Positions 29,817-38,761 of a stretch of DNA of 64,000 nt are shown here, piece by piece. The stretch is from NCBI GenBank assembly GCA_963805975.1, contig CAWDVR010000005.1:448001-512000 (forward strand), read 5' to 3'. Within the stretch, counting starts at the first letter, position 1; the number at the start of each line of letters is the position of its first letter. The DNA is from an uncultured Acidobacteriota bacterium (GTDB taxonomy: Bacteria; Acidobacteriota; Thermoanaerobaculia; Multivoradales; SZUA-115). Below the pieces are notes generated by a model. It had not been told where the DNA came from, searched no databases, and saw only the letters and a list, made by a program, of their open reading frames with translations. Position numbers and translations under genes: made by a program.

Positions 29817-30290
29817 TCAGCGGAACAAACGCCATCCCTCGAGGATGGCGTTCTCGGTCAGGACGATCCGCTCTCCCTCCACCCGGTGGGCGAGGGCCAC
29901 CGGCGCGCAGCCGCCGTGGTCCGCGTTGACCTCGGCGAGCTTGAAGGCCTTGTCGCACTTGTTGCACACCATCCAGTCGCCCTCGTGCCGGTAGCCGCGC
30001 TTGGTCTTGGCGCAGAGCTCGTTGGCATCGAAGGCGGCGATCACCGTGCCGGCGGGGTCGCGGCCGACGAAGAAGCGGACCTCCTGGTTGCCGGTGTTCA
30101 GGAAGCGGAAGAAGCGCACCTGCGACGGCCCGAGCCCGGAAAGGTCGATCGCCACCGTGCCGTCCGCCCCCGGCGCCACCTGCTCGAAGCTCACCGCCGC
30201 GAAACCGCCGCGCACGGCATGGTCGGCGAGAAAGATCCCGCCGCCGACGAGGAGGATCAGGAGGAGCAGGTGCCACGGCCGGACGCGCAT
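29817..30290 (-). CDS. DUF2318-like Cys-rich membrane-anchored (putative Fe-S/metal) protein
   Basis: N-terminal TM; VRFF...AAFDANELC...GY...VCNKC...GGCAPV. Confidence 0.75.
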   Translation of the reverse strand: MRVRPWHLLLLILLVGGGIFLADHAVRGGFAAVSFEQVAPGADGTVAIDLSGLGPSQVRFFRFLNTGNQEVRFFVGRDPAGTVIAAFDANELCAKTKRGYRHEGDWMVCNKCDKAFKLAEVNADHGGCAPVALAHRVEGERIVLTENAILEGWRLFR

Positions 30291-30473
30291 GGACCGATTG
30301 TGGGGCAAGGAGGGAGGGCGCCGCAAGCACCGTCAGCACGCCCGCAGGTGAACGGACCCCCATTTGGTAGAGTACCTATCGTTCAATCTACGGTCATTGG
30401 GTCGTGCATCGGCGGACCGCCCTGGAGCGGTTCCTGCGGTGGGCCCTTTCCACGGACGCTCGGAGATGAGCCA

Positions 30474-32480
30474 CTGAACCTTCTCCCTTCTTGGTGTCGC
30501 CTCGGATCCTGGCTCAGGGCGGCCGGTCTCGCCGGCCTGCTGGCCTCGTTCGGAGCTGTCGCGCACGCGGCTGATGCCGTGCGCCTCCTGGGGGTCGAGG
30601 TGCGCGCCGCTTCTGGCGAGGTGACCGCCGAGATCACCGCCAGCGGCGAGCTCTCGTACTCCACGCAGCGGCTTGCCGGGCCGCGCCGATTCGTGGTCGA
30701 CCTCCCGGGGGTCGTCGTCCTTCCGGGCGCGGTTCCCGCCTCCGTCGAAGTACGCCAGGGTCCGGTGCGGAGGGTTCGGGTGGGGCAGTTCCAGCTCTCT
30801 CCACGGCCCATCTGCCGGCTGGTTTTCGATCTGGAGAGCGCCGCCGAGCCTGAGATCGAGGCCGATGGCTCGCGGCTGAGGGTCCGCTTCGCGCCGGCCG
30901 GGGAGCCTTCCGCCCCGAGTCCTTCGATCGAGCGGACTGCCGAGCCGTCCCAGGCCGCCTCGGCGCCGCCCCCGGTCCCTTCCGCAGCCACGCCACCGGC
31001 CGAGCCCAAGCCGGCACCGCGGGCCACGGTGCTGCGCGGGTTGGACCTGCGCTGCGAGGCCGGGAGAGCCGTGCTGCGGGTGGCCGGCGACGGCTGGATC
31101 CCTTTCTCGAGCTATCGCCTGGCCGGCCCCGACCGGTTGGTGGTGGAGGCCCAGGGCCTGCGGACCGATCATCTTCCGGGCCCCGTTCCTGCGTACCGGG
31201 GCCCGGTGACCGGGGTCGAGGTGGTTCCGCTCGCCGGCACGGCGGGGCCTGCCGTGCGGCTGGTCTTGGGTCTCGCCTCGGGAGCGGACCACCAGGTCGA
31301 GAGCACCCCTGACGGTCTCGTGGTCACCGTCACCTCGCTCGCCGCCGAGACTCTGGCCCCGGTCGAGGAAGCGGCCCCGGTCGAGGCAGCGGTGCCGGTC
31401 GTGACGGCGCCGGTCGTGACCGCAGCCAGCCCTCCGCCGACGGAGGCCGAACCCATGGCGGTCGAGGCCTTCCATCAGCACGACTCGCTGCTCACCGCTG
31501 CCTTGCCGAGCTATCCGTCGCTCCACATCACGGGCTTCAGCGAGGTCAACTACACCGACTCCGAGGAGGAGGCGAAGCCGCAGGGCTTCTCGGAAGGCCA
31601 GCTCGTCCTCCACCTGAGCTCCGCCCTCTCGCCCCGGGTCGGGTTCTTCGGCGAGGTGGCCGTCACCGCCCGCAACAACGAGTTCGAGGTCTCGATGGAG
31701 CGCGGCCTCCTGCGCTACGACCACAGCGACCGACTGAAGATCTCGGTCGGGCGCTACCACACGCCGGTCTCTTGGTGGAACACCGCCTACCACCACGGCG
31801 CCTGGCTCCACACCACCATCGGGCGGCCCGAGATGACGGCTTTCGGCGGCCTCTTCCTGCCGCTGCACTTCGTCGGCGGGATGGTGGAAGGGACGTTTCC
31901 GGCCGGTGGTCTCAACCTCGGCTACCGTGCCGGGATCGGCAACGGGCGCGGAGAGGACCCCCGCCGCCCCGGCGACGCCGGGGACGCCAACTCGAACCTG
32001 GCCTGGCTCCTCAACCTGGGCGTGCGGCCCGATCGCCTCTTCGGCCTCGAGGCCGGCGGCGCCTTCTACGTCGATCGGCTCTCCCCCGCGGCGGGCCCGG
32101 AGGTGGACGAGAGGATCTCGTCGGCCTACCTGGTCTGGCAGCGCTACGAAGGCGAGCTGATCGCCGAGCTCGCCCAGGTGCGGCACCGGCCGGCCCTGGC
32201 AACAGAGACCTTCACCAGCCGGGCCTACTACCTGCAGGCCGCCTACCGGCTGCCGTGGGCCGGAGAGCGGGTCAAGCCCTACTTCCGCTACGAGTCGATC
32301 GAGGTCGCCGCGGGCGATCCGATCTTCGCCGGGGTCGTCCCCGAGCTCGAAGGCTCCACCTTCGGCCTGCGTCTGGACTTCACCCAGTTCGCCGCCCTGA
32401 AGGCCGAGTACCGGCTCTTCGAGCGACCCGACCGGCAGGAAGAGCGCGGTGGGTTTGCCCAGGTGGCCTTCACTTTCTAG
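30474..32480 (+). CDS. AMIN-domain-fused outer membrane beta-barrel (porin-like) protein
   Basis: Signal peptide ending AHA, two AMIN domains, Pro/Ala linkers, then alternating beta strands (GRYHTPVSWWN, ALKAEY) ending in the barrel signal QVAFTF. The start is uncertain (CTG 30474 or GTG 30348). Confidence 0.75.
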   Translation: MNLLPSWCRLGSWLRAAGLAGLLASFGAVAHAADAVRLLGVEVRAASGEVTAEITASGELSYSTQRLAGPRRFVVDLPGVVVLPGAVPASVEVRQGPVRRVRVGQFQLSPRPICRLVFDLESAAEPEIEADGSRLRVRFAPAGEPSAPSPSIERTAEPSQAASAPPPVPSAATPPAEPKPAPRATVLRGLDLRCEAGRAVLRVAGDGWIPFSSYRLAGPDRLVVEAQGLRTDHLPGPVPAYRGPVTGVEVVPLAGTAGPAVRLVLGLASGADHQVESTPDGLVVTVTSLAAETLAPVEEAAPVEAAVPVVTAPVVTAASPPPTEAEPMAVEAFHQHDSLLTAALPSYPSLHITGFSEVNYTDSEEEAKPQGFSEGQLVLHLSSALSPRVGFFGEVAVTARNNEFEVSMERGLLRYDHSDRLKISVGRYHTPVSWWNTAYHHGAWLHTTIGRPEMTAFGGLFLPLHFVGGMVEGTFPAGGLNLGYRAGIGNGRGEDPRRPGDAGDANSNLAWLLNLGVRPDRLFGLEAGGAFYVDRLSPAAGPEVDERISSAYLVWQRYEGELIAELAQVRHRPALATETFTSRAYYLQAAYRLPWAGERVKPYFRYESIEVAAGDPIFAGVVPELEGSTFGLRLDFTQFAALKAEYRLFERPDRQEERGGFAQVAFTF

Positions 32481-32482
32481 CC

Positions 32483-32974
32483 ATGATCCCTCGCTGCTGC
32501 TCGGCCCCATCGACGAAGCCCTGGTGGCTCTGTCTGGCTCTGGCGCTGGCCGGGCTCGCGGCGCCGGCGGCGGCCCAGGACGTGGCGGTGGTGGTGTCCG
32601 CGGGCATCCGCGACGAGGGGCTGACCCTGGGCGACCTGCGGGAGATCTACCTCGGCAACCGGCAGTACTGGCAGCCTGGCCTGCGGGTGGTGCCCCTGGT
32701 CTGGGGACCCCAGGAGCGCGAGCAGCAGGTGCTTCTCGAGCGCGTCTACAGGATGAGCGAGGACCGCTACCGACAGCACTGGATCGCCAAGATCTTCCGC
32801 GACGAGGCCACCTCGAAGCCGATCGAGATCCTCTCGGCCCCCATGCTCGCCCAGGCCCTGGCGAGGCTTCCCGGGGCGATCGCCCTGGTGAGGGCCGAGC
32901 GCATCCCGCCGGGCCTGCGGGTGCTGGCGGTGGACGGCCGTCGCCCCGGGGACCCGGACTACCCGCTGAGGTAG
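32483..32974 (+). CDS. Small periplasmic binding-protein-like (PstS/PBP2-like) protein
   Basis: Signal peptide ending AAA-Q; LREIYLG..YW...PGAIALV...VLAVDGRRPGDPDYPL. Confidence 0.75.
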   Translation: MIPRCCSAPSTKPWWLCLALALAGLAAPAAAQDVAVVVSAGIRDEGLTLGDLREIYLGNRQYWQPGLRVVPLVWGPQEREQQVLLERVYRMSEDRYRQHWIAKIFRDEATSKPIEILSAPMLAQALARLPGAIALVRAERIPPGLRVLAVDGRRPGDPDYPLR

Positions 32975-32983
32975 CAGAGAGCG

Positions 32984-34573
32984 ATGACCATCCGCGCCCG
33001 GCTCGCGCTCGCCTTCCTGGCGATCCTCCTGCTCTTCGCCGGGAACCTGGGGATCTACCGCTGGAGCATCGGCCGGAGCACCGCCGCCGTCGGCGACCTC
33101 GAGCGCCAGGTCTCGCGCCAACTGCTGCTGATCGAGATCCGCCGCCGGCTCACCGATCTGCGCCAGGAGGTGAGCCTGCTGGCGGGCCTGGGGATGAAGG
33201 TGGAGAGCGACGAGGCAGGGGGCGAGCCGCTGCAGGCCTTCGAGGCCGAGGTGCGGAAGGTCACCGACCGCATCGAGGATCTCGAGCGCCGCTCGGGGCG
33301 CGAGGCCGCCGAGGTGGAGCCCTTCGTCGCCACCTTCCAGGCTCTCTCGGCCTCCTGGAGGAGCTTTTACGGCTTTCTCGCCTCCGACCCGGCGAGCGCC
33401 GCGCTCGAGGTGGCGGCCAACGCCGAGCCGCTCGGCGACCGGGCCCTGGCCCAGGTGCGGCAGCTCGAGGCCGCGGCCCAGGCGCGGGCCGAGGCGGCGA
33501 CCCGGCGCTTCGCCGCGGTGGCCGGCCGCAGCCAGCGCGTGGCAGAGATCCTCTTCGTGGTCTCGACCTTGGTCGCCGTCGCCGTCGCCATCGCCATGGC
33601 GCGCTATCTCGTCCGTGGCCTGGCGGAGCTGCGCCTGGGCGCCTCCCGGGTGGGCGCCGGGGACCTGGAGCACCGCATCCCCGTCCGCAGCCAGGACGAG
33701 CTGGGGCACCTGGGGAGCGCCTTCAACGATATGACCGGGCACCTCCTCGCCTCGCGCCGGCAGCTCACGCGTATCAACCACGACCTGGAGCAACGCACCG
33801 AAGACCTGGCGCGGGCCATGGAGACGGCGCGGGAGGCGGAGGAGCGGGCGCGAGCCGCGAACGAGGCGAAGAGCACCTTTCTCGCCAACATGAGCCACGA
33901 GCTGCGCACGCCGATGAACGCCATCATCGGCTACACCGAGATCCTGCTCGAGGACGCCGAGGACCAGGGGCTGCCAGAGCAGGTCCCCGACCTGCAGCGG
34001 ATCCGGAGCGCCGGCAAGCATCTGCTGGCCCTGATCAGCGACGTTCTCGACGTGTCGAAGATCGAGGCCGGCAAGATGACCCTCTACCTCGAGCGCTTCG
34101 AGGTCGAGCCCTTGCTCGCCGAGATCCTCGACACCATCCGGCCGCTGGCCGAGACCAATGCCAACACCGTGCAGCACGAGCTCGGGCCGGGTCTCGGGGT
34201 CATGAAGGCGGACGTCACCAAGCTGCGCCAGACGCTCTTCAACCTGCTGTCGAACGCCTGCAAGTTCACCGATCGGGGCGTCATCCGCCTGAGCGCCGAG
34301 CGGCGCGGTGAGCCGGACGGCGAATGGCTGATCTTCCGGGTCGCCGACTCGGGGATCGGCATGAGCCCGGAGCAGAGCGCCCGCATCTTCGAGGCCTTCA
34401 CCCAGGCCGACTCTTCCACCACCCGCCGCTACGGCGGCACTGGGCTGGGGCTCAAGATCAGCAAGGAGTTCGCTCTCATGATGGGCGGCGACGTTGAGGT
34501 CGAGAGCGCCCTCGGTCAGGGCACGACCTTCACCCTCCGGCTGCCGAGCGAGGTACAGCTGCCCGGTTCTTGA
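32984..34573 (+). CDS. Membrane sensor histidine kinase (periplasmic helical bundle, HAMP, HisKA, HATPase)
   Basis: Two TMs, DELGHLGSAFNDM (HAMP), FLANMSHELRTP, NLLSNACKFT, DSGIG, GGTGLGL; no receiver domain. Confidence 0.93.
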   Translation: MTIRARLALAFLAILLLFAGNLGIYRWSIGRSTAAVGDLERQVSRQLLLIEIRRRLTDLRQEVSLLAGLGMKVESDEAGGEPLQAFEAEVRKVTDRIEDLERRSGREAAEVEPFVATFQALSASWRSFYGFLASDPASAALEVAANAEPLGDRALAQVRQLEAAAQARAEAATRRFAAVAGRSQRVAEILFVVSTLVAVAVAIAMARYLVRGLAELRLGASRVGAGDLEHRIPVRSQDELGHLGSAFNDMTGHLLASRRQLTRINHDLEQRTEDLARAMETAREAEERARAANEAKSTFLANMSHELRTPMNAIIGYTEILLEDAEDQGLPEQVPDLQRIRSAGKHLLALISDVLDVSKIEAGKMTLYLERFEVEPLLAEILDTIRPLAETNANTVQHELGPGLGVMKADVTKLRQTLFNLLSNACKFTDRGVIRLSAERRGEPDGEWLIFRVADSGIGMSPEQSARIFEAFTQADSSTTRRYGGTGLGLKISKEFALMMGGDVEVESALGQGTTFTLRLPSEVQLPGS

Positions 34574-34584
34574 CTCTTGACTGG

Positions 34585-34602
34585 ATGTAGGACGTCCTAC
34601 AT
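34585..34602. promoter_or_regulatory. Perfect 18-bp palindrome, probable operator of the phd-vapC promoter
   Basis: ATGTAGGAC|GTCCTACAT lies between TTGACT (34577) and TATACT (34603). Confidence 0.7.
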
Positions 34603-34634
34603 TATACTGGCTGGTGACCGAGGAGAGCGAACCC

Positions 34635-34883
34635 ATGCAGCATCGAGCCAGCCTCAGAGAGATCAACCAGCAGCTCGCCCGCTACGTGAAGGATGTCGAA
34701 GGAGGCGACGAGGTGGTGATCACCCGCCGCGGCAAGCCCATCGCCCGGCTGGTGCCCATCACTTCCGAACGCCTCCTGTCACCGGACCAGCACGCGGCGC
34801 TCGCGAGAAGCCTCGCGCGCATGCGCCGTGGCTACCCGCTGGGCGGCCGGATGCCGCCGCGGGACGAGCTCCATGAGCGCTGA
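34635..34883 (+). CDS. Phd/YefM family antitoxin
   Basis: SLREINQQLARYVKDVEGGDEVVITRRGKPIARLVP. Confidence 0.92.
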   Translation: MQHRASLREINQQLARYVKDVEGGDEVVITRRGKPIARLVPITSERLLSPDQHAALARSLARMRRGYPLGGRMPPRDELHER

Positions 34884-35310
34884 GCGGATCAGCCTCGACG
34901 CCAACGTCCTCTTCTACTCGGTCGACCGCGACGCGGGCGAGAAGCGCGAGCGCGCCATCGAGATCATCCACCGCGCGGCGCTCGAGCTCGATTGCGTGCT
35001 CACCGCGCAGGCCCTGGCCGAGTTCTTCGTGGCCACCACCCGCAAGGGGAAGATGGCGGCGAAAGAAGCAGAGGCCCAGGTCGAAGACTGGCAAACCCTA
35101 TTCGGTGCGGCGCCGACCACCGGCAAGAGCCTCCGGCAGGCGATCCAGGTCGTGCAACAACACTCGATCGCCTTCTGGGACGCCATGCTCTGGGCCGCCG
35201 CCCGCGAAGCGGGCGTCACCCTGCTGCTCAGCGAAGACCTCCAGGACGGAAGAGAGCTGGGAGGAGTGCGGTTCAGGAACCCGTTCGGGGAGGGGTGGAG
35301 CTCGCAGTAG
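34873..35310 (+). CDS. vapC: PIN-domain (VapC) toxin
   Basis: SLDANVLFY, QALAEF, FWDAMLWAAA, LLLSEDLQDGR...FRNPF. Confidence 0.92.
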   Translation: MSAERISLDANVLFYSVDRDAGEKRERAIEIIHRAALELDCVLTAQALAEFFVATTRKGKMAAKEAEAQVEDWQTLFGAAPTTGKSLRQAIQVVQQHSIAFWDAMLWAAAREAGVTLLLSEDLQDGRELGGVRFRNPFGEGWSSQ

Positions 35311-36685
35311 GGCGCAGCGCCATCCCCAGCACCCCGTTGAGCAGCACTCCCAGCGTCACCGCGATCACCACGCCGTTGCCGAGCATCAGCCGGGTGAGGG
35401 GCGGGAGGGCCTGGAACCATTCGGAGCCGGTCGGGACGGCGAGGGGCAGGGTGAGGGCGGCGGATAGGGTGATGGCGGTGGTGAGGAGGTAGGTCTCGTC
35501 CTTGGGTCCGCTTCCCAGGAGGCGGAGGCCGGCGGTGGCGATCATGCCGCAGACCACGAGGAAGACCGCGCCCACCACCGGCCGCGGGATGAGGACGAGC
35601 AGCGCGCCGAGCTTCGGGGAGAGGCCGTAGAGCAGCAGGAGCACCGCCGCCACCTGCACCACGCGCCGGCTGGCCACGCGGGTGGTGGCGATGACGCCGG
35701 TGTTCTGGGCGTAGGTGGTGAGCGGCAGCGCGCCGAAGAGCGGCCCCACCGCCGAGGCGATGCCCTCCACCGTGATGCCACGGTTGATGTGCTGCACGCG
35801 GTAGGTGATACCGGAGACCGCGCAGGTGCCGGCGTAGTCCCCGATCGCCTCGGCCATCGAGCCCAGGTAGCCGATCGAGACCCCGAAGACCGCGGCGCCC
35901 ACCAGCTCCCAGCCGAGGCCCGGCCCGCCGAAAGCGAAGAGGCGCGGCAGACCGAACCACGGCGCCGCGGAGAGAGCGCCGAAGTTGGCCAGTCCCAGGA
36001 GGCTCGCCCCGAGGACCCCGAAGAGAAACAGGGAGAGGAGGATCGACCCGCGTGCCAGCACTCCGATGCCGAGCCGGTTGCCGAGGACCGTGAAGAAGAG
36101 GATCGAGAGCACCGTGCCGCCGGCCAGCCCGAGCATCTGTGGCCGCAGGTCGGAGAACAGCCACCCGCCGGCGACGCGGGCGAGCGTGATGCCGATCGTC
36201 AGCACGATGATGCCGCAGACGTAGGGCGGCAGGAAGCGCCGCAGGCGCGCCAGGACGCCGGAGAGCCCGATCACCGTCTCGGCGAGGCCGGCCACGAACC
36301 CTGCCATCCACATGGCATTGGGACCGAAGATCGCCCCGGCCGAGGCCATGGCGCCGGTGTCCGTGGCGGAGGGGCCGAGCACGGAAGGCAGCCGGTTGCC
36401 CCAGGTGGCGTTGACGAAGGTGGCGATGCCCATCAGCGTGAGACAGGCCGAGATCATGTACGCCGCCTGCTCGGCGGAGTAGCCCACGGCCCCGGCCACC
36501 ACCAGCGGCAGCACGTACGGGGACACGTCCACCAGCGTGTGCTGCCAGGCGTAGAGCAGGGTCTCGAGCGGCGGCGGCACCTCGTCCACCCGCACCGCAG
36601 GGTCGGCGACCTCGAGCTCCTCCTGCCAGACGCGAGCGTCTTCCGGCGCGTCCCCTCGGGCCTCGGCGGGCTCCACTCGTCTCAT
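35273..36685 (-). CDS. NCS2 (uracil/xanthine) family permease
   Basis: WQHTL, GNRLPSVLGPS, EAIGD, TTYAQNTGVIATTRVASR, IPRPVVGAV; ATGA overlap with the upstream gene. Confidence 0.9.
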   Translation of the reverse strand: MRRVEPAEARGDAPEDARVWQEELEVADPAVRVDEVPPPLETLLYAWQHTLVDVSPYVLPLVVAGAVGYSAEQAAYMISACLTLMGIATFVNATWGNRLPSVLGPSATDTGAMASAGAIFGPNAMWMAGFVAGLAETVIGLSGVLARLRRFLPPYVCGIIVLTIGITLARVAGGWLFSDLRPQMLGLAGGTVLSILFFTVLGNRLGIGVLARGSILLSLFLFGVLGASLLGLANFGALSAAPWFGLPRLFAFGGPGLGWELVGAAVFGVSIGYLGSMAEAIGDYAGTCAVSGITYRVQHINRGITVEGIASAVGPLFGALPLTTYAQNTGVIATTRVASRRVVQVAAVLLLLYGLSPKLGALLVLIPRPVVGAVFLVVCGMIATAGLRLLGSGPKDETYLLTTAITLSAALTLPLAVPTGSEWFQALPPLTRLMLGNGVVIAVTLGVLLNGVLGMALRPTASSTPPRTGS

Positions 36686-37185
36686 TCCATCTCGAACAGT
36701 GGGTCCCCGCCTTCGACCGCCTGGCCGGGCGCCACGTGGATCGCGAGCAGCGTGCCGGCGTGGTCGGCGCGGATCTCGTTCTCCATCTTCATCGCCTCGA
36801 GGACGACGATGCCCTGGCCGGCGGTGACGGCCTCGCCCACGGCGGCGAGCACCGCCACCACACGGCCCGGCATGTAGGCCTTCACGGTGCGCCGGCCCTG
36901 GGCGCGGGAACCGCCGTGGCTGGCCCGGGCGAGGTGGGTCAGAGGGTCGGCGAGCTCGACGACCTGGGAGCCGCTGCGGCTCCCCACACGGTAGGTGCCG
37001 TCGCTCTCGCGGTGGATGGAGACCTCGTGCTGGGCGCCTTCGACGACGAGGCTCAGCCGCCCGGGGCCGACGGTCACGGCATCGACGGCGTAGACGCACT
37101 CGCCGACCTGGACCTCGAAGAGGTCGCCGCGGCGGCGGATCGAGACCCGCTGCTCCACATCGCCCGTCTTCGCGATCAGTTCCAT
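36682..37185 (-). CDS. Biotin carboxyl carrier (biotin/lipoyl attachment) protein
   Basis: AYMPGRVV...VLEAMKMENEI. Confidence 0.92.
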   Translation of the reverse strand: MELIAKTGDVEQRVSIRRRGDLFEVQVGECVYAVDAVTVGPGRLSLVVEGAQHEVSIHRESDGTYRVGSRSGSQVVELADPLTHLARASHGGSRAQGRRTVKAYMPGRVVAVLAAVGEAVTAGQGIVVLEAMKMENEIRADHAGTLLAIHVAPGQAVEGGDPLFEME

Positions 37186-37189
37186 GCGC

Positions 37190-38761
37190 TCAGCTCCAAC
37201 CGCCGCCCCGCAGGGACTCGCGCCGGGCCGTCTGCCGCCAGCCGGCGCGGCGGGCGCCCGCCTCCGGCTTGCCGCTCGCCTCGGCCCCTGCCGCCCCGAC
37301 CCCGGCCCGGACCGCCTCCCGTTGGTGGACGAGAGCGGCGGCGATCACCGCGAGGTCCGCGAACGGCATCTCGGCCGGCGGCCGGAGCTCACCGGCCGCG
37401 AGCTTCCTGTCCAGCATGCCGATGTCGAGGTTGCCGGCGAGGAAGTCCGGGTCTTCGAGCAGAGCGAGGTAGAGCGGCGCCGTGGTGCGGATGCCCTCGA
37501 CCCGCAGCTCGAGGAGCGCGCGCTTGAGCCGCGCCAGCGCCTCTCGCCGGTCCGCGCCCCAGACGATGAGCTTGGCGAGCATCGGGTCGTAGTGGATCGA
37601 GACCTCGGCGCCCTCGTAGACGCCGCAGTCGTTCCTCACGCCGGGCCCCTCGGGCAGGCGGAGCACGGTGAGCCGTCCCGGCGACGGCGCAAAGCGCTGG
37701 TACGGGTCCTCGGCGTAGAGCCGCACCTCGACGGCGTGGCCGCGCGGCTCGACGGTGTCGAGCCACGCCGGCAGCGGCTCGCCCTCGGCGATCCGGATCT
37801 GTGCCGTCACCAGGTCGAGGCCGGTCACCAGCTCGGTCACCGGGTGCTCCACCTGGAGGCGGGTGTTCATCTCGAGGAAGTAGAACTCGCCGCTCTCGGC
37901 GAGGAGGAACTCGCAGGTGCCGGCGTTGGCGTAGCCCACCGCGGCGGCGGCGCGCACCGCGGCCTCGCCCATGGCGCGGCGCAGCTCGGGCGACACGACG
38001 GGCGACGGCGCTTCCTCCACCACCTTCTGGTGGCGGCGCTGGAGCGAGCACTCGCGCTCGCCCAAGGACACCACCTTGCCGTACTCGTCGCCGAGCACCT
38101 GGATCTCGACGTGCCGGGGTCGGTCGATGAGCTTCTCCAGGTACACGGCGTCGTCGCCGAAGCTCGCCAGGGCCTCGGAGCGCGCGGCGCGGAAGGCGCT
38201 CGCCAGGTCGTCCTCGCCCGCCACGGCCCGCATCCCCTTGCCGCCACCGCCCGCCGCCGCCTTGAGCATCACGGGATAGCCGATCGTCTCCGCCGCCGCC
38301 CGCGCCGATTCGAGCTCGGGCAGCGGGTCGCGCCCGCCGGGTACCACCGGCACGCCGGCGTCGATCATCCGCCGCCGGCTCTCGACCTTGGAGCCCATGG
38401 CGTCCATGGCCTCGGGCGAGGGGCCGATGAAGGTGACCCCGGCGTCGCGGCACAGGCGGGCGAAGTGCGGGCGCTCCGAGAGGAAGCCGTAGCCGGGATG
38501 GATGGCGTCCGCGCCGATCGCGACCGCCAGCTCGACGATGGCCTCGGCCTTCAGATAGCTCTCGCGCGACGCGGCAGGGCCGATGCGGTGCGCCTCGTCC
38601 GCCAGGAGCACCGGCAGGCCGGCGCGGTCGGGGTCCGAGTAGACGACGGCGGCGCGCTTGCCGAGATCGTGCAGCGCGCGGATGATGCGCACCGCGATCT
38701 CACCGCGGTTGGCGATCAGAACCTTGTGAATCGGCCGGTGGAACGGCTCTTTCGCGGGCAT
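37190..38761 (-). CDS. accC: Biotin carboxylase subunit of an acyl-CoA carboxylase
   Basis: KVLIANRGEIA, IHPGYGFLSE, GGGGKGM, RECSLQRRHQK, EMNTRLQVEHPVTE, YDPMLAKL. Confidence 0.92.
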   Translation of the reverse strand: MPAKEPFHRPIHKVLIANRGEIAVRIIRALHDLGKRAAVVYSDPDRAGLPVLLADEAHRIGPAASRESYLKAEAIVELAVAIGADAIHPGYGFLSERPHFARLCRDAGVTFIGPSPEAMDAMGSKVESRRRMIDAGVPVVPGGRDPLPELESARAAAETIGYPVMLKAAAGGGGKGMRAVAGEDDLASAFRAARSEALASFGDDAVYLEKLIDRPRHVEIQVLGDEYGKVVSLGERECSLQRRHQKVVEEAPSPVVSPELRRAMGEAAVRAAAAVGYANAGTCEFLLAESGEFYFLEMNTRLQVEHPVTELVTGLDLVTAQIRIAEGEPLPAWLDTVEPRGHAVEVRLYAEDPYQRFAPSPGRLTVLRLPEGPGVRNDCGVYEGAEVSIHYDPMLAKLIVWGADRREALARLKRALLELRVEGIRTTAPLYLALLEDPDFLAGNLDIGMLDRKLAAGELRPPAEMPFADLAVIAAALVHQREAVRAGVGAAGAEASGKPEAGARRAGWRQTARRESLRGGGWS

